This document shows, one piece after another, positions 32,229 through 45,589 of a DNA stretch of 64,000 nucleotides. Positions within the stretch are counted from its first letter, which is position 1. Each line of letters begins with the position of its first letter. Below the pieces are notes generated by a model. The model saw only the letters and a list, made by a program, of their open reading frames with translations. It ran no database searches and was not told the DNA's origin. The position numbers and the translations under genes are program-made. Where the stretch lies: the NCBI RefSeq assembly GCF_054482525.1, contig NZ_CM137006.1, one strand, 5' to 3'.

Positions 32229-32897
32229 ATGATTCGCTTTGAACATGTCAGCAAGGCTTATCTCGGTGGGAGACAGGCGCTGCAGGGCGTTACGTTCCAT
32301 ATGCAGCCGGGTGAGATGGCGTTTCTGACCGGTCATTCCGGCGCAGGGAAAAGTACCCTCCTGAAGCTGATCTGTGGGATTGAGCGGCCCAGCGCCGGGA
32401 AAATCTGGTTTAGCGGCCATGACATCACGCGTCTGAAAAACCGTGAAGTTCCGTTTCTGCGCCGCCAGATTGGCATGATTTTCCAGGATCACCATCTCCT
32501 GATGGACCGTACTGTCTACGATAATGTGGCGATCCCGCTGATTATCGCCGGTGCCAGCGGTGACGATATTCGTCGCCGGGTGTCGGCGGCACTGGATAAA
32601 GTCGGGCTACTGGACAAAGCGAAGAACTTCCCTATTCAACTTTCGGGCGGTGAACAACAGCGTGTTGGCATTGCCCGCGCGGTGGTGAACAAGCCCGCGG
32701 TACTGCTGGCGGACGAACCGACTGGTAACCTGGACGACGCGTTGTCGGAAGGCATTTTACGTCTGTTTGAAGAGTTTAACCGCGTTGGGGTAACCGTATT
32801 GATGGCAACGCACGACATCAACCTGATTTCACGGCGTTCCTATCGCATGCTCACCCTGAGCGATGGTCACTTGCATGGAGGCGTGGGCCATGAATAA
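32229..32897 (+). CDS. ftsE: Cell-division ABC ATPase FtsE
   Basis: 222 aa ORF with Walker [10 protein letters not shown] and signature LSGGEQQRV. Confidence 0.95.
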
Positions 32898-33948
32898 GCG
32901 CGATGCAATCAATCATATTCGGCAGTTTGGCGGGCGTCTGGATCGCTTCCGTAAATCGGTCGGCGGCTCAGGCGACGGCGGTCGTAACGCGCCGAAACGC
33001 GCGAAATCCTCGCCAAAACCGGTAAATCGCAAAACCAACGTTTTCAACGAACAGGTGCGCTATGCCTTCCACGGCGCATTGCAGGATCTGAAAAGCAAAC
33101 CGTTCGCCACGTTTTTAACGGTGATGGTTATCGCCATCTCTCTGACGCTGCCCAGCGTCTGTTATATGGTGTACAAAAACGTTAACCAGGCGGCGACGCA
33201 GTATTATCCGTCACCGCAAATCACTGTTTATCTGCAAAAAACGCTGGACGATGACGCTGCTGCGGGCGTGGTGGCACAGTTGCAGGCCGAGCAAGGCGTG
33301 GAGAAAGTGAACTATCTTTCTCGTGAAGACGCGCTGGGCGAGTTCCGTAACTGGTCTGGTTTTGGTGGTGCGCTGGATATGCTGGAAGAAAACCCGCTTC
33401 CGGCAGTGGCGGTGGTGATCCCGAAACTCGATTTTCAGGGGACAGAATCACTGAATACGCTGCGTGATCGTATCACCCAGATCAACGGCATTGACGAAGT
33501 GCGGATGGATGACAGCTGGTTTGCCCGTCTGGCGGCGTTAACCGGGCTGGTCGGGCGCGTTTCCGCGATGATCGGCGTGTTGATGGTGGCAGCAGTGTTT
33601 CTCGTCATCGGCAACAGTGTGCGTCTGAGCATCTTTGCTCGCCGTGACTCCATTAACGTGCAGAAACTGATTGGTGCGACGGATGGATTCATCCTGCGCC
33701 CGTTCCTGTACGGAGGCGCATTGCTGGGATTTTCTGGCGCATTGCTGTCATTAATTTTGTCAGAAATTCTGGTACTGCGTTTGTCATCGGCGGTTGCGGA
33801 AGTGGCACAGGTTTTCGGAACAAAGTTTGATATCAATGGCTTATCGTTCGATGAATGCCTGCTGTTGCTGCTGGTATGCTCGATGATTGGCTGGGTGGCA
33901 GCGTGGCTTGCCACGGTACAACATTTACGCCACTTTACGCCTGAATAA
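32890..33948 (+). CDS. ftsX: Cell-division ABC permease-like protein FtsX
   Basis: ORF track 32863..33948; likely start [15 protein letters not shown] at 32890 (352 aa), overlapping the ftsE stop. Confidence 0.9.
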
Positions 33949-34072
33949 TAAAAGCGTGTTATACTCTTTCCCTGCAATGGGTTCCGTAGCAGGGAAAGAG
34001 ACCCCGTTGTCTCTTCCCGGTATTTCATCTCTATGTCACATTTTGTGCGTAATTTATTCACAGCGTTGCATT

Positions 34073-34099
34073 GAACTTGTGGATAAAATCACTGTCTGA
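34073..34099 (+). promoter_or_regulatory. Sigma-E-type promoter upstream of rpoH (GAACTT-N16-TCTGA)
   Basis: gaactt at 34073-34078 and tctga at 34095-34099 with a 16 nt spacer, about 95 bp upstream of the rpoH ATG; matches the extracytoplasmic sigma-factor consensus. Confidence 0.65.
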
Positions 34100-34192
34100 T
34101 AAAACAGTGAATGATAACCTCGTTGCTCTTAAGCTCTGGCACAGTTGTTGCTGCCACTGAAGCGCCAGAAGATATCGATTGAGAGGATTTGA

Positions 34193-35047
34193 ATGACTGA
34201 CAAAATGCAAAGTTTAGCTTTAGCCCCTGTTGGCAACCTGGATTCCTACATCCGGGCAGCTAACGCGTGGCCGATGTTGTCGGCTGACGAGGAGCGGGCG
34301 CTGGCTGAAAAGCTGCATTACCATGGCGATCTGGAAGCAGCTAAAACGCTGATCCTGTCTCACCTGCGGTTTGTTGTTCATATTGCTCGTAATTATGCGG
34401 GCTATGGCCTGCCACAGGCGGATTTGATTCAGGAAGGTAACATCGGCCTGATGAAAGCAGTGCGCCGTTTTAACCCGGAAGTGGGTGTGCGCCTGGTCTC
34501 CTTCGCCGTCCACTGGATCAAAGCAGAGATCCACGAATACGTTCTGCGTAACTGGCGTATCGTCAAAGTTGCGACCACCAAAGCGCAGCGCAAACTGTTC
34601 TTCAACCTGCGTAAAACCAAGCAGCGTCTGGGCTGGTTTAACCAGGATGAAGTCGAAATGGTGGCCCGTGAACTGGGCGTAACCAGCAAAGACGTACGTG
34701 AGATGGAGTCGCGTATGGCGGCACAGGACATGACCTTTGACCTGTCTTCCGACGACGATTCCGATAGCCAGCCGATGGCTCCGGTGCTCTATCTGCAGGA
34801 TAAATCATCTAACTTTGCTGACGGCATCGAAGATGATAACTGGGAAGAGCAGGCGGCAAACCGTCTGACCGACGCGATGCAAGGTCTGGACGAGCGTAGC
34901 CAGGATATCATCCGCGCGCGCTGGCTGGATGAAGACAACAAGTCCACGTTGCAGGAACTGGCTGACCGTTACGGTGTTTCCGCTGAGCGTGTGCGCCAGC
35001 TGGAAAAGAACGCGATGAAAAAACTTCGCGCTGCCATTGAAGCGTAA
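34193..35047 (+). CDS. rpoH: RNA polymerase sigma-32 (heat-shock sigma factor RpoH)
   Basis: 284 aa [65 protein letters not shown]... with sigma-70 regions 2 and 4. Confidence 0.95.
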   Translation: MTDKMQSLALAPVGNLDSYIRAANAWPMLSADEERALAEKLHYHGDLEAAKTLILSHLRFVVHIARNYAGYGLPQADLIQEGNIGLMKAVRRFNPEVGVRLVSFAVHWIKAEIHEYVLRNWRIVKVATTKAQRKLFFNLRKTKQRLGWFNQDEVEMVARELGVTSKDVREMESRMAAQDMTFDLSSDDDSDSQPMAPVLYLQDKSSNFADGIEDDNWEEQAANRLTDAMQGLDERSQDIIRARWLDEDNKSTLQELADRYGVSAERVRQLEKNAMKKLRAAIEA

Positions 35048-35066
35048 TTTCCGCTACTCAGCAGAG

Positions 35067-35100
35067 AACCCTGGATGAGAATCCGGGGTTTTTGTTTTTT
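35067..35100 (+). terminator. Putative rho-independent terminator after rpoH
   Basis: Hairpin aaccctgg-N8-ccggggtt (one G-U pair) followed by tttttgtttttt. Confidence 0.55.
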
Positions 35101-35318
35101 GGACCTCTGCAATAATCAGTTTCCCCCTCCGGCAAAACGCCAATCCCCACGCAGATTGTTAATAAACTGTCAAAATAGCTATTCCAATATCATAAAAATG
35201 GGGTATGTTTTAGCAGAGTATGCTGCTAAAGCACGGGTAGTCATGCATAAAACGAAATAAAGTGCTGAATCACAACACCACAACACACGTAATAACCAGA
35301 AGAATGGGGATTCTCAGG

Positions 35319-36422
35319 ATGAATATAAAGGGTAAAGCGTTACTGGCAGGATGTATCGCGCTGGCATTCAGCAATATGGCTCTGGCAGAAGATATTAAAG
35401 TCGCGGTCGTGGGCGCGATGTCTGGTCCGGTGGCCCAGTACGGTGACCAGGAGTTCACTGGCGCAGAGCAGGCAGTAGCGGATATCAATGCTAAAGGTGG
35501 TATCAAAGGCAACAAACTGCAAATCGTAAAATATGACGATGCCTGTGACCCGAAACAGGCGGTTGCGGTGGCGAACAAAGTCGTTAACGACGGCATTAAA
35601 TATGTGATTGGTCACCTCTGTTCTTCATCAACGCAGCCAGCGTCAGACATCTATGAAGATGAAGGCATTTTAATGATCACCCCAGCGGCAACCGCGCCGG
35701 AGCTGACCGCCCGTGGCTATCAGCTGATCCTGCGCACTACCGGCCTGGACTCCGACCAGGGGCCGACGGCGGCGAAATATATTCTTGAGAAAGTGAAACC
35801 GCAGCGTATTGCTATCGTCCACGACAAACAGCAGTACGGCGAAGGTCTGGCGCGTGCGGTGCAGGACGGCCTGAAGAAAGGCAATGCTAACGTGGTGTTC
35901 TTTGATGGTATCACCGCTGGGGAAAAAGATTTCTCAACGCTGGTGGCGCGTCTGAAAAAAGAGAATATCGACTTCGTTTACTACGGCGGTTATCACCCGG
36001 AAATGGGGCAGATCCTGCGTCAGGCACGCGCGGCAGGGCTGAAAACTCAGTTTATGGGGCCGGAAGGCGTAGCTAACGTCTCGCTGTCTAACATTGCGGG
36101 CGAATCAGCGGAAGGGCTGCTGGTGACCAAGCCGAAGAACTACGATCAGGTTCCGGCGAACAAACCCATTGTTGATGCGATCAAAGCGAAAAAACAGGAC
36201 CCAAGCGGCGCATTCGTTTGGACCACCTACGCCGCGCTGCAATCTTTGCAGGCGGGCCTGAATCAGTCTGACGATCCGGCAGAAATCGCCAAATACCTGA
36301 AAGCGAACTCCGTGGATACCGTGATGGGACCGCTGACCTGGGATGAGAAAGGCGATCTGAAAGGCTTTGAGTTCGGCGTATTTGACTGGCACGCCAACGG
36401 CACGGCGACCGATGCGAAGTAA
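35319..36422 (+). CDS. livJ: Leu/Ile/Val periplasmic binding protein LivJ
   Basis: ORF track 35262..36422; likely start [23 protein letters not shown] at 35319 (367 aa); paralogous to the livK product in this window. Confidence 0.9.
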   Translation: MNIKGKALLAGCIALAFSNMALAEDIKVAVVGAMSGPVAQYGDQEFTGAEQAVADINAKGGIKGNKLQIVKYDDACDPKQAVAVANKVVNDGIKYVIGHLCSSSTQPASDIYEDEGILMITPAATAPELTARGYQLILRTTGLDSDQGPTAAKYILEKVKPQRIAIVHDKQQYGEGLARAVQDGLKKGNANVVFFDGITAGEKDFSTLVARLKKENIDFVYYGGYHPEMGQILRQARAAGLKTQFMGPEGVANVSLSNIAGESAEGLLVTKPKNYDQVPANKPIVDAIKAKKQDPSGAFVWTTYAALQSLQAGLNQSDDPAEIAKYLKANSVDTVMGPLTWDEKGDLKGFEFGVFDWHANGTATDAK

Positions 36423-36481
36423 TCATTAATCGGCAACTTTGGGTTGCCGCCAAATTGCTAATATCGAGTACGTTGCTTCAT

Positions 36482-36581
36482 GCCGGATGCGGCGTAAATG
36501 CCTTATCCGGCCTACAAAATCCAAAGAAATCAGTAAATTGCAACACACGTTGTAGGCCTGATAAGCGTAGCGCATCAGGCA
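36482..36581. repeat. REP/BIME cluster (two inverted palindromic units) downstream of livJ
   Basis: gccggatgcggcgtaaatgccttatccggcctac and tgtaggcctgataagcgtagcgcatcaggca match the REP consensus. Confidence 0.75.
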
Positions 36582-36621
36582 ATTTCTCGTTGGTCATCAC
36601 TTTTGAAATCAAACTTTACGA

Positions 36622-37005
36622 TTAACGCTTCTCCCAGCCGCCCTGTTGTGCCGTAAACCCCAGTGCCTGCATAAACGCCGTCATCACACCGCGATCTTCC
36701 ACGCCTGCATCCGCCATCCACCAGCATGAAACGCCAGGATTGTTACGCAAAACCTCTTCCAGCAGATATTGCCCCACACCGCGACGGCGGGTGACTTCCC
36801 TAACACGCAGGGAATCCAGTGCGCCCTCCGTGCCGCTTAAGGTTACCCGCACGGCCGCGAGAAGGCGCTCGTTAAAACGCGCGGCGTAGATACGGTGGTT
36901 ATCGTCAACCTGTAACGAGGAAGGGGAATACTCCGGCCAGATCTTTTGCAGGTCAATCCGGTCCTGGTCGCTAAAGTTTTCTAATCGAATGATGGTCAGC
37001 TTCAT
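36622..37005 (-). CDS. panM: PanD maturation/regulatory factor PanM (PanZ), GNAT fold
   Basis: 127 aa ORF MKLTIIRLENFSDQDRIDLQKIWPEYSPSSLQVDD... located between livJ and livK. Confidence 0.85.
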   Translation of the reverse strand: MKLTIIRLENFSDQDRIDLQKIWPEYSPSSLQVDDNHRIYAARFNERLLAAVRVTLSGTEGALDSLRVREVTRRRGVGQYLLEEVLRNNPGVSCWWMADAGVEDRGVMTAFMQALGFTAQQGGWEKR

Positions 37006-37428
37006 GGGGAACCCGTGTAAATCACAAAAGTGGAACCAGTGTAGCGAAATAATTTAATCGGAGGCTTTCTCTTTTTTAATTCTTTTGGCAGGTGATTAAT
37101 TTTTTAACAGCAATAATTACAAAGTTAAAACATTAGAGAATGAAAAATACCCAGCATAATCCCCTGAATGGTAGTGAATTATTCCGCCCTTTGTGCCGTT
37201 ATTTTATGCTGACAAAGGCACTTTTTTCTGTTTATCTATCAATAAATTCAGAATATTATCTGTTCTTAATCGACTGAAAAATAGGGGTTTTAATCGCTAT
37301 TATCACAAAATACTGCGCTAAACCCTTAATCAGACAGGCAAAAACAGTGCAGTATAAAAAAAGAACAGTCTGATTTGTTAACACATAAAAACAAAGCAAC
37401 ACAACATCACGAATGGGGATTTTTGACT

Positions 37429-38538
37429 ATGAAACGGAATGCGAAACCTATCATCGCAGGGATGATTGCACTGGCAATTTCACACACCGCTATGGCTGAC
37501 GATATTAAAGTCGCCGTTGTCGGCGCGATGTCCGGCCCGATTGCCCAGTGGGGCGATATGGAATTTAACGGCGCGCGTCAGGCGATTAAAGACATTAATG
37601 CCAAAGGGGGAATTAAAGGCGATAAGCTGGTTGGCATGGAATATGACGACGCCTGCGACCCGAAACAAGCCGTTGCGGTCGCCAACAAAATCGTTAACGA
37701 CGGCATTAAATACGTTATTGGGCACCTGTGTTCCTCCTCTACCCAACCTGCATCAGATATCTACGAAGACGAAGGTATTCTGATGATTTCGCCGGGAGCG
37801 ACCAACCCGGAGCTGACCCAACGCGGTTATCAATACATCATGCGTACTGCCGGGCTGGACTCTTCCCAGGGGCCAACGGCGGCAAAATACATTCTTGAGA
37901 CGGTGAAGCCCCAGCGCATCGCCATCATTCACGACAAACAACAGTATGGCGAAGGGCTGGCACGTTCGGTGCAGGACGGGCTGAAAGCGGCTAACGCCAA
38001 CGTCGTCTTCTTCGACGGCATTACCGCTGGCGAGAAAGATTTCTCCGCACTGATCGCTCGTCTGAAAAAAGAAAACATCGACTTCGTTTACTACGGCGGT
38101 TACTACCCGGAAATGGGGCAGATGCTGCGCCAGGCCCGTTCCGTTGGCCTGAAAACCCAGTTTATGGGGCCGGAAGGTGTGGGTAACGCATCATTGTCGA
38201 ACATTGCCGGTGATGCTGCCGAAGGCATGTTGGTCACTATGCCAAAACGCTATGACCAGGACCCGGCAAACCAGGGCATCGTTGATGCGCTGAAAGCAGA
38301 CAAGAAAGATCCGTCCGGGCCTTATGTCTGGATCACTTATGCGGCGGTGCAATCTCTGGCAACTGCCCTTGAGCGTACCGGCAGCGATGAGCCGCTGGCG
38401 CTGGTGAAAGATTTAAAAGCTAACGGTGCAAACACCGTGATTGGGCCGCTGAACTGGGATGAAAAAGGCGATCTTAAGGGATTTGATTTTGGTGTCTTCC
38501 AGTGGCACGCCGACGGTTCATCCACGGCAGCCAAGTGA
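37429..38538 (+). CDS. livK: Leucine-specific periplasmic binding protein LivK
   Basis: ORF track 37375..38538; likely start [23 protein letters not shown] at 37429 (369 aa); first gene of livKHMGF. Confidence 0.9.
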   Translation: MKRNAKPIIAGMIALAISHTAMADDIKVAVVGAMSGPIAQWGDMEFNGARQAIKDINAKGGIKGDKLVGMEYDDACDPKQAVAVANKIVNDGIKYVIGHLCSSSTQPASDIYEDEGILMISPGATNPELTQRGYQYIMRTAGLDSSQGPTAAKYILETVKPQRIAIIHDKQQYGEGLARSVQDGLKAANANVVFFDGITAGEKDFSALIARLKKENIDFVYYGGYYPEMGQMLRQARSVGLKTQFMGPEGVGNASLSNIAGDAAEGMLVTMPKRYDQDPANQGIVDALKADKKDPSGPYVWITYAAVQSLATALERTGSDEPLALVKDLKANGANTVIGPLNWDEKGDLKGFDFGVFQWHADGSSTAAK

Positions 38539-38585
38539 TCATCCCACCGCCCGTGAAAAACGGGCGGGTTTAGAAAGGTTACCTT

Positions 38586-39512
38586 ATGTCTGAGCAGTTT
38601 TTGTATTTCTTGCAGCAGATGTTTAACGGCGTCACGCTGGGCAGTACCTACGCGCTGATAGCCATCGGCTACACCATGGTTTACGGCATTATCGGCATGA
38701 TCAACTTCGCCCACGGCGAGGTTTATATGATTGGCAGCTATGTCTCATTTATGATCATCGCCGCGCTGATGATGATGGGCATTGATACCGGCTGGCTACT
38801 GGTGGCGGCTGGATTCGTCGGCGCAATCGTCATTGCCAGCGCCTACGGCTGGAGTATCGAACGGGTAGCCTATCGCCCGGTGCGTAACTCTAAGCGCCTG
38901 ATTGCGCTCATCTCGGCAATCGGTATGTCCATCTTCCTGCAAAACTACGTCAGCCTGACCGAAGGTTCGCGCGACGTGGCGCTGCCGAGCCTGTTTAACG
39001 GTCAGTGGGTGGTGGGTCATAGCGAAAACTTCTCTGCCTCTATTACCACCATGCAGGCGGTGATCTGGATTGTTACTTTCCTCGCCATGCTGGCGCTGAC
39101 GATTTTCATTCGTTATTCCCGTATGGGGCGCGCCTGCCGTGCCTGCGCGGAAGATCTGAAAATGGCGAGTCTGCTTGGCATTAACACCGACCGGGTGATT
39201 GCGCTGACCTTTGTGATTGGCGCGGCGATGGCGGCGGTGGCGGGTGTGCTGCTCGGTCAGTTCTACGGCGTCATTAACCCCTACATCGGCTTTATGGCCG
39301 GGATGAAAGCCTTTACCGCTGCGGTGCTCGGTGGGATTGGCAGCATTCCGGGAGCGATGATTGGCGGCCTGATTCTGGGGATTGCGGAGGCGCTCTCTTC
39401 TGCCTATCTGAGTACGGAATATAAAGATGTGGTCTCATTCGCCCTGCTGATTCTGGTGTTGCTGGTGATGCCGACCGGTATTCTGGGTCGCCCGGAGGTA
39501 GAGAAAGTATGA
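38586..39512 (+). CDS. livH: Branched-chain amino acid ABC permease LivH
   Basis: 308 aa hydrophobic permease ORF. Confidence 0.9.
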   Translation: MSEQFLYFLQQMFNGVTLGSTYALIAIGYTMVYGIIGMINFAHGEVYMIGSYVSFMIIAALMMMGIDTGWLLVAAGFVGAIVIASAYGWSIERVAYRPVRNSKRLIALISAIGMSIFLQNYVSLTEGSRDVALPSLFNGQWVVGHSENFSASITTMQAVIWIVTFLAMLALTIFIRYSRMGRACRACAEDLKMASLLGINTDRVIALTFVIGAAMAAVAGVLLGQFYGVINPYIGFMAGMKAFTAAVLGGIGSIPGAMIGGLILGIAEALSSAYLSTEYKDVVSFALLILVLLVMPTGILGRPEVEKV

Positions 39513-40786
39513 AACCGATGCATATTGCAATGGCGCTGCTTTCTGCCGCGATGTTCTTTGTCCTCGCTGGCGTCTTTATGGGCGTGCAACTGGAGCTGGA
39601 TGGCACCAAACTGGTGGTCGATAGCGCTTCGGATGTCCGTTGGCAGTGGGTGTTTATCGGCACGGCGGTGGTCTTTTTCTTCCAGCTTTTGCGACCGGCT
39701 TTCCAGAAAGGGTTGAAAAGCATTTCCGGACCGAAGTTTATTCTGCCCGCCATTGATGGCTCCACGGTGAAGCAAAAGCTGTTTCTCGTGGCGCTGCTGG
39801 TGCTTGCGGTGGCGTGGCCGTTTATGGTCTCACGCGGGACGGTGGATATCGCCACTCTGACCATGATCTACATTATTCTTGGTCTCGGGCTGAACGTGGT
39901 GGTAGGGCTTTCTGGTCTGCTGGTGCTCGGTTACGGCGGCTTTTACGCCATCGGCGCTTACACCTTTGCGCTGCTCAATCACTATTACGGTCTGGGGTTC
40001 TGGACCTGTCTGCCCATTGCCGGGTTAATGGCAGCGGCGGCGGGCTTCCTGCTCGGCTTCCCGGTGTTGCGTTTACGTGGCGACTATCTGGCGATCGTTA
40101 CCCTCGGTTTCGGCGAAATTGTGCGCATATTGCTGCTCAATAACACTGAAATCACCGGCGGCCCGAACGGAATCAGTCAGATCCCGAAACCGACGCTCTT
40201 CGGACTCGAGTTCAGCCGTACCGCCCGTGAAGGCGGCTGGGACACGTTCAGTAATTTCTTTGGCCTGAAATACGATCCCTCCGATCGCGTCATTTTCCTC
40301 TACCTGGTGGCGTTGCTGCTGGTGGTGTTAAGCCTGTTTGTCATTAACCGCCTGCTGCGGATGCCGTTGGGTCGTGCGTGGGAAGCGTTGCGTGAAGACG
40401 AAATTGCCTGCCGTTCGCTGGGCTTAAGCCCGCGTCGTATCAAGCTGACCGCCTTTACCATCAGCGCCGCGTTTGCCGGTTTTGCCGGAACGCTGTTTGC
40501 TGCGCGTCAGGGCTTTGTCAGCCCGGAATCCTTCACCTTTGCCGAATCAGCCTTTGTGCTGGCAATAGTGGTGCTCGGCGGTATGGGTTCGCAATTTGCA
40601 GTGATTCTGGCGGCAGTTCTGCTGGTGGTGTCGCGCGAATTGATGCGCGACTTTAACGAATACAGCATGTTAATGCTCGGTGGTTTGATGGTGCTGATGA
40701 TGATCTGGCGTCCGCAGGGCTTGCTGCCCATGACGCGCCCGCAACTCAAGCTGAAAAACGGCGCAGCGAAAGGAGAGCAGGCATGA
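39509..40786 (+). CDS. livM: Branched-chain amino acid ABC permease LivM
   Basis: 425 aa hydrophobic permease ORF overlapping livH and livG. Confidence 0.9.
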   Translation: MKPMHIAMALLSAAMFFVLAGVFMGVQLELDGTKLVVDSASDVRWQWVFIGTAVVFFFQLLRPAFQKGLKSISGPKFILPAIDGSTVKQKLFLVALLVLAVAWPFMVSRGTVDIATLTMIYIILGLGLNVVVGLSGLLVLGYGGFYAIGAYTFALLNHYYGLGFWTCLPIAGLMAAAAGFLLGFPVLRLRGDYLAIVTLGFGEIVRILLLNNTEITGGPNGISQIPKPTLFGLEFSRTAREGGWDTFSNFFGLKYDPSDRVIFLYLVALLLVVLSLFVINRLLRMPLGRAWEALREDEIACRSLGLSPRRIKLTAFTISAAFAGFAGTLFAARQGFVSPESFTFAESAFVLAIVVLGGMGSQFAVILAAVLLVVSRELMRDFNEYSMLMLGGLMVLMMIWRPQGLLPMTRPQLKLKNGAAKGEQA

Positions 40787-41550
40787 GTCAGCCATTATTA
40801 TCTGTTAACGGCCTGATGATGCGCTTCGGCGGCCTGCTGGCGGTGAACAACGTCAATCTTGAACTGTACCCGCAGGAGATCGTCTCGTTAATCGGCCCTA
40901 ACGGTGCCGGAAAAACCACGGTCTTCAACTGCCTGACCGGATTCTACAAACCTACCGGCGGCACCATTTTACTGCGCGATCAGCATCTGGAAGGTTTACC
41001 GGGGCAGCAAATCGCCCGCATGGGCGTGGTGCGCACCTTCCAGCATGTGCGTCTGTTCCGTGAAATGACGGTGATTGAAAACCTGCTGGTGGCACAGCAT
41101 CAGCAACTGAAAACCGGGCTGTTCTCCGGCCTGTTGAAAACACCCTCTTTCCGTCGCGCCCAGAGTGAAGCACTCGACCGCGCCGCCACCTGGCTTGAGC
41201 GTATTGGTTTGCTGGAACACGCCAACCGCCAGGCGAGCAACCTGGCCTATGGCGACCAGCGTCGTCTGGAGATCGCCCGCTGCATGGTGACGCAGCCGGA
41301 GATTTTAATGCTCGACGAACCGGCAGCAGGTCTTAACCCAAAAGAGACGAAAGAGCTGGATGAGCTGATTGCCGAACTGCGTAACCATCACAACACCACT
41401 ATCTTGTTGATTGAACACGATATGAAGCTGGTGATGGGGATTTCAGACAGAATTTACGTGGTCAACCAGGGGACGCCGCTGGCAAACGGTACGCCGGAGC
41501 AGATCCGTAATAACCCGGACGTGATCCGTGCCTATTTAGGTGAGGCATAA
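40783..41550 (+). CDS. livG: Branched-chain amino acid ABC ATPase LivG
   Basis: 255 aa ORF with Walker [10 protein letters not shown]. Confidence 0.9.
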   Translation: MSQPLLSVNGLMMRFGGLLAVNNVNLELYPQEIVSLIGPNGAGKTTVFNCLTGFYKPTGGTILLRDQHLEGLPGQQIARMGVVRTFQHVRLFREMTVIENLLVAQHQQLKTGLFSGLLKTPSFRRAQSEALDRAATWLERIGLLEHANRQASNLAYGDQRRLEIARCMVTQPEILMLDEPAAGLNPKETKELDELIAELRNHHNTTILLIEHDMKLVMGISDRIYVVNQGTPLANGTPEQIRNNPDVIRAYLGEA

Positions 41551-41551
41551 G

Positions 41552-42265
41552 ATGGAAAAAGTCATGTTGTCCTTTGACAAAGTCAGCGCCCACTACGGCA
41601 AAATCCAGGCGCTGCATGAGGTGAGCCTGCATATCAATCAGGGCGAGATTGTCACCCTCATTGGCGCGAACGGCGCGGGGAAAACCACCTTGCTCGGCAC
41701 GTTATGCGGCGACCCACGCGCCACCAGCGGGCGAATTGTGTTTGATGATAAAGACATTACCGACTGGCAGACGGCGAAAATCATGCGCGAAGCGGTGGCG
41801 ATTGTCCCGGAAGGGCGTCGTGTTTTCTCGCGGATGACGGTGGAAGAGAACCTGGCGATGGGCGGTTTTTTTGCTGAACGTGACCAGTTCCAGGAACGCA
41901 TAAAGTGGGTGTATGAACTGTTTCCGCGTCTCCATGAACGCCGTGTTCAGCGGGCGGGCACCATGTCCGGCGGTGAGCAGCAGATGCTGGCGATTGGTCG
42001 CGCGCTGATGAGCAACCCGCGTTTATTGTTGCTTGATGAGCCATCGCTCGGTCTTGCGCCGATTATCATCCAGCAGATTTTCGACACCATCGAGCAGCTG
42101 CGCGAGCAGGGGATGACCATCTTCCTCGTCGAGCAGAACGCCAACCAGGCGCTAAAGCTGGCGGATCGCGGCTACGTGCTGGAAAACGGCCATGTTGTGC
42201 TCTCCGATACCGGCGATACGCTGCTGGCGAATGAAGCGGTGAGAAGTGCGTATTTAGGCGGGTAA
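41552..42265 (+). CDS. livF: Branched-chain amino acid ABC ATPase LivF
   Basis: ORF track 41540..42265; likely start MEKVMLSFDKVSAHYG at 41552 (237 aa); Walker A GANGAGKTT. Confidence 0.9.
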   Translation: MEKVMLSFDKVSAHYGKIQALHEVSLHINQGEIVTLIGANGAGKTTLLGTLCGDPRATSGRIVFDDKDITDWQTAKIMREAVAIVPEGRRVFSRMTVEENLAMGGFFAERDQFQERIKWVYELFPRLHERRVQRAGTMSGGEQQMLAIGRALMSNPRLLLLDEPSLGLAPIIIQQIFDTIEQLREQGMTIFLVEQNANQALKLADRGYVLENGHVVLSDTGDTLLANEAVRSAYLGG

Positions 42266-42285
42266 TAACACGTTGATTGATAAGG

Positions 42286-42304
42286 AGTCAAAAGACTCCT
42301 TTGA
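42286..42304 (+). terminator. Putative rho-independent terminator after livF
   Basis: Hairpin ggagtc-aaaa-gactcc followed by ttt, about 20 bp after the livF stop. Confidence 0.5.
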
Positions 42305-42325
42305 GACAGGTGACAAATGTAAAAT

Positions 42326-42355
42326 TGCCTGATGCGCTGCGCTTATCAGGCCTAC
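42326..42355. repeat. REP palindromic unit
   Basis: tgcctgatgcgctgcgcttatcaggcctac matches the REP consensus. Confidence 0.75.
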
Positions 42356-42413
42356 TGGGTGAGTTGCAATATATTGAATTTGCACGATCTTGTAGGCCGG
42401 ATAAGGCGTTTAC

Positions 42414-43318
<905 letters not shown>

Positions 43319-43960
43319 TTTTCCAGGAGATGCTCCTGCATGGCTTTCAGATATGCATTTTCTGCGCGAAGATAACGCAGCTCATTCTTCATCTCTTCCG
43401 GCGTCATGTTTGCCTCGTTTTCATGGGTATCATCAGAACGGGTCATGCTTTTCTCCTTCCTGCGCCTGATAAAGGCCTCATTACCAGATTTGCGGTAGCC
43501 TTTTATCCAGTTTTTAACCGTGTTGTGGCTGGGAATGTTAAACCGGGCAGCTACCCGGGGTAGAGACTCAGAATGCCCGAGAGCATAAAGAACCACGCAA
43601 AGTTTATCTTCAGGAGAATAGCTACGCTTGTGTCTGCAATCCAGTGCCCGAGGACCGTGAAGAAGAAAAAGATTAATCCAGTGTGAGAGGCTGGTGTGAG
43701 AAAGTTGAAAGAGTTTTGCCGTAGAAATGATGCCTGCATGACCAGCCAGGTAGTGATTTACAGCGGCAAGTTTTACTTCAAATGAATGTTTCATAAACTG
43801 CACCTTCAGATGTCAGATTATGTCCAACATTTGGGGTGCAGTTCATACGCCGCATCCGGCATGAAACGATGAGCAATCTGTAGAGTTTGATTCAGACCTT
43901 CTATTTTTCCCGCTTATCCGTGCCCCATCTCCCATTTTCCCTCACACGTACCGTCACCGC

Positions 43961-44037
43961 CTTGTCATCTTTCTGACACCTTACTATCTTACAAATGTAA
44001 CAAAAAAGTTATTTTTCTGTAATTCGAGCATGTCATG
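43961..44037 (+). promoter_or_regulatory. ugpB promoter region with Pho-box-like direct repeats
   Basis: cTTGTCATctttCTGACAC and CTGTAATtcgagcaTGTCAT resemble PhoB-binding repeats (CTGTCAT-type 7 bp repeats spaced by 4 bp), 60-140 bp upstream of ugpB. Confidence 0.45.
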
Positions 44038-44097
44038 TTACCCCGCGAGCATAAAACGCGTGAATTCGCGCATTCGGTACAACAAGAGAGATAAACG

Positions 44098-45414
44098 ATG
44101 AAACCGTTACATTATACAGCTTCAGCACTGGCGCTCGGACTGGCGTTAATGGGGAATGCACAGGCAGTGACGACCATTCCGTTCTGGCATTCTATGGAAG
44201 GGGAACTGGGTAAAGAGGTGGATTCTCTGGCCCAACGTTTTAACGCCGAAAACCCGGATTACAAAATTGTACCGACCTATAAAGGCAACTACGAACAGAA
44301 TTTAAGCGCGGGGATTGCCGCATTTCGTACCGGCAACGCGCCTGCTATTTTGCAGGTTTATGAAGTTGGCACCGCCACCATGATGGCGTCGAAGGCCATT
44401 AAACCGGTGTATGACGTGTTTAAAGAGGCGGGGATTCAGTTCGATGAGTCGCAGTTTGTGCCGACGGTTTCAGGCTACTACTCCGACAGCAAAACCGGCC
44501 ACTTACTCTCCCAGCCGTTCAACAGCTCGACTCCCGTTCTCTATTACAACAAAGACGCCTTCAAGAAAGCCGGTTTAGACCCGGATCAGCCGCCGAAAAC
44601 CTGGCAGGATCTGGCGGACTATGCCGCAAAACTGAAAGCCTCCGGTATGAAGTGCGGCTACGCCAGCGGCTGGCAGGGCTGGATCCAACTGGAAAACTTT
44701 AGCGCCTGGAACGGTCTGCCGTTTGCCAGCAAAAACAACGGCTTTGACGGCACAGACGCGGTGCTGGAGTTCAACAAGCCGGAGCAGGTGAAACACATCG
44801 CTATGCTCGAAGAGATGAACAAGAAGGGCGATTTCAGCTACGTCGGGCGTAAGGATGAATCCACTGAGAAGTTCTATAACGGTGATTGCGCGATGACCAC
44901 CGCCTCTTCCGGTTCTCTCGCCAACATTCGCGAGTACGCCAAATTTAACTACGGCGTAGGCATGATGCCTTACGACGCCGATGCGAAAGATGCGCCACAA
45001 AACGCCATTATCGGCGGAGCCAGCTTGTGGGTAATGCAGGGTAAAGATAAAGAAACTTATACGGGTGTGGCGAAGTTCCTCGACTTCCTCGCGAAGCCAG
45101 AAAACGCTGCCGAGTGGCATCAGAAAACTGGTTATCTGCCAATCACCAAAGCGGCGTATGACCTGACCCGTGAGCAGGGTTTTTATGAGAAAAACCCAGG
45201 GGCGGATACCGCGACGCGTCAGATGCTGAATAAGCCGCCGTTACCGTTCACCAAAGGGCTGCGTCTGGGCAACATGCCGCAGATCCGCGTGATTGTGGAT
45301 GAAGAGCTGGAGAGCGTGTGGACCGGTAAGAAGACGCCACAGCAGGCGCTGGATACCGCCGTTGAGCGTGGGAATCAGTTACTGCGCCGCTTTGAGCAGT
45401 CTACGAAGTCTTAA
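44098..45414 (+). CDS. ugpB: sn-glycerol-3-phosphate periplasmic binding protein UgpB
   Basis: 438 aa ORF with signal peptide [23 protein letters not shown]. Confidence 0.95.
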   Translation: MKPLHYTASALALGLALMGNAQAVTTIPFWHSMEGELGKEVDSLAQRFNAENPDYKIVPTYKGNYEQNLSAGIAAFRTGNAPAILQVYEVGTATMMASKAIKPVYDVFKEAGIQFDESQFVPTVSGYYSDSKTGHLLSQPFNSSTPVLYYNKDAFKKAGLDPDQPPKTWQDLADYAAKLKASGMKCGYASGWQGWIQLENFSAWNGLPFASKNNGFDGTDAVLEFNKPEQVKHIAMLEEMNKKGDFSYVGRKDESTEKFYNGDCAMTTASSGSLANIREYAKFNYGVGMMPYDADAKDAPQNAIIGGASLWVMQGKDKETYTGVAKFLDFLAKPENAAEWHQKTGYLPITKAAYDLTREQGFYEKNPGADTATRQMLNKPPLPFTKGLRLGNMPQIRVIVDEELESVWTGKKTPQQALDTAVERGNQLLRRFEQSTKS

Positions 45415-45420
45415 TTCTCT

Positions 45421-45575
45421 TACCCTCACCCTAACCCTCTCCCAAAGGGAGAGGGGACCGATCGGCGTGGTATCCAGGTGCCGTGTCGGTTTGCAACTTC
45501 GCTCGGTGGGAAAGTATGCACCGCCTTTCTCCCTCGCCCCTCTGGGGAGAGGGCCGGGGTGAGGGGAACACAACA
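45421..45575. repeat. GC-rich intergenic palindromic repeat (boxC-like), long copy with two inverted arms
   Basis: Left arm ccctcaccctaaccctctccc and right arm gggagagggccggggtgagggg are inverted copies; the left part matches the element at 26250-26300. Confidence 0.5.
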
Positions 45576-45589
45576 CGAAGAGTTTAACT

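Noticed and set aside
35319-38538. Two highly similar periplasmic binding-protein genes (livJ and livK) that could suggest a recent duplication or assembly artefact
   Set aside because: These are the well-known LivJ/LivK paralogs separated by panM; this is the normal E. coli arrangement.
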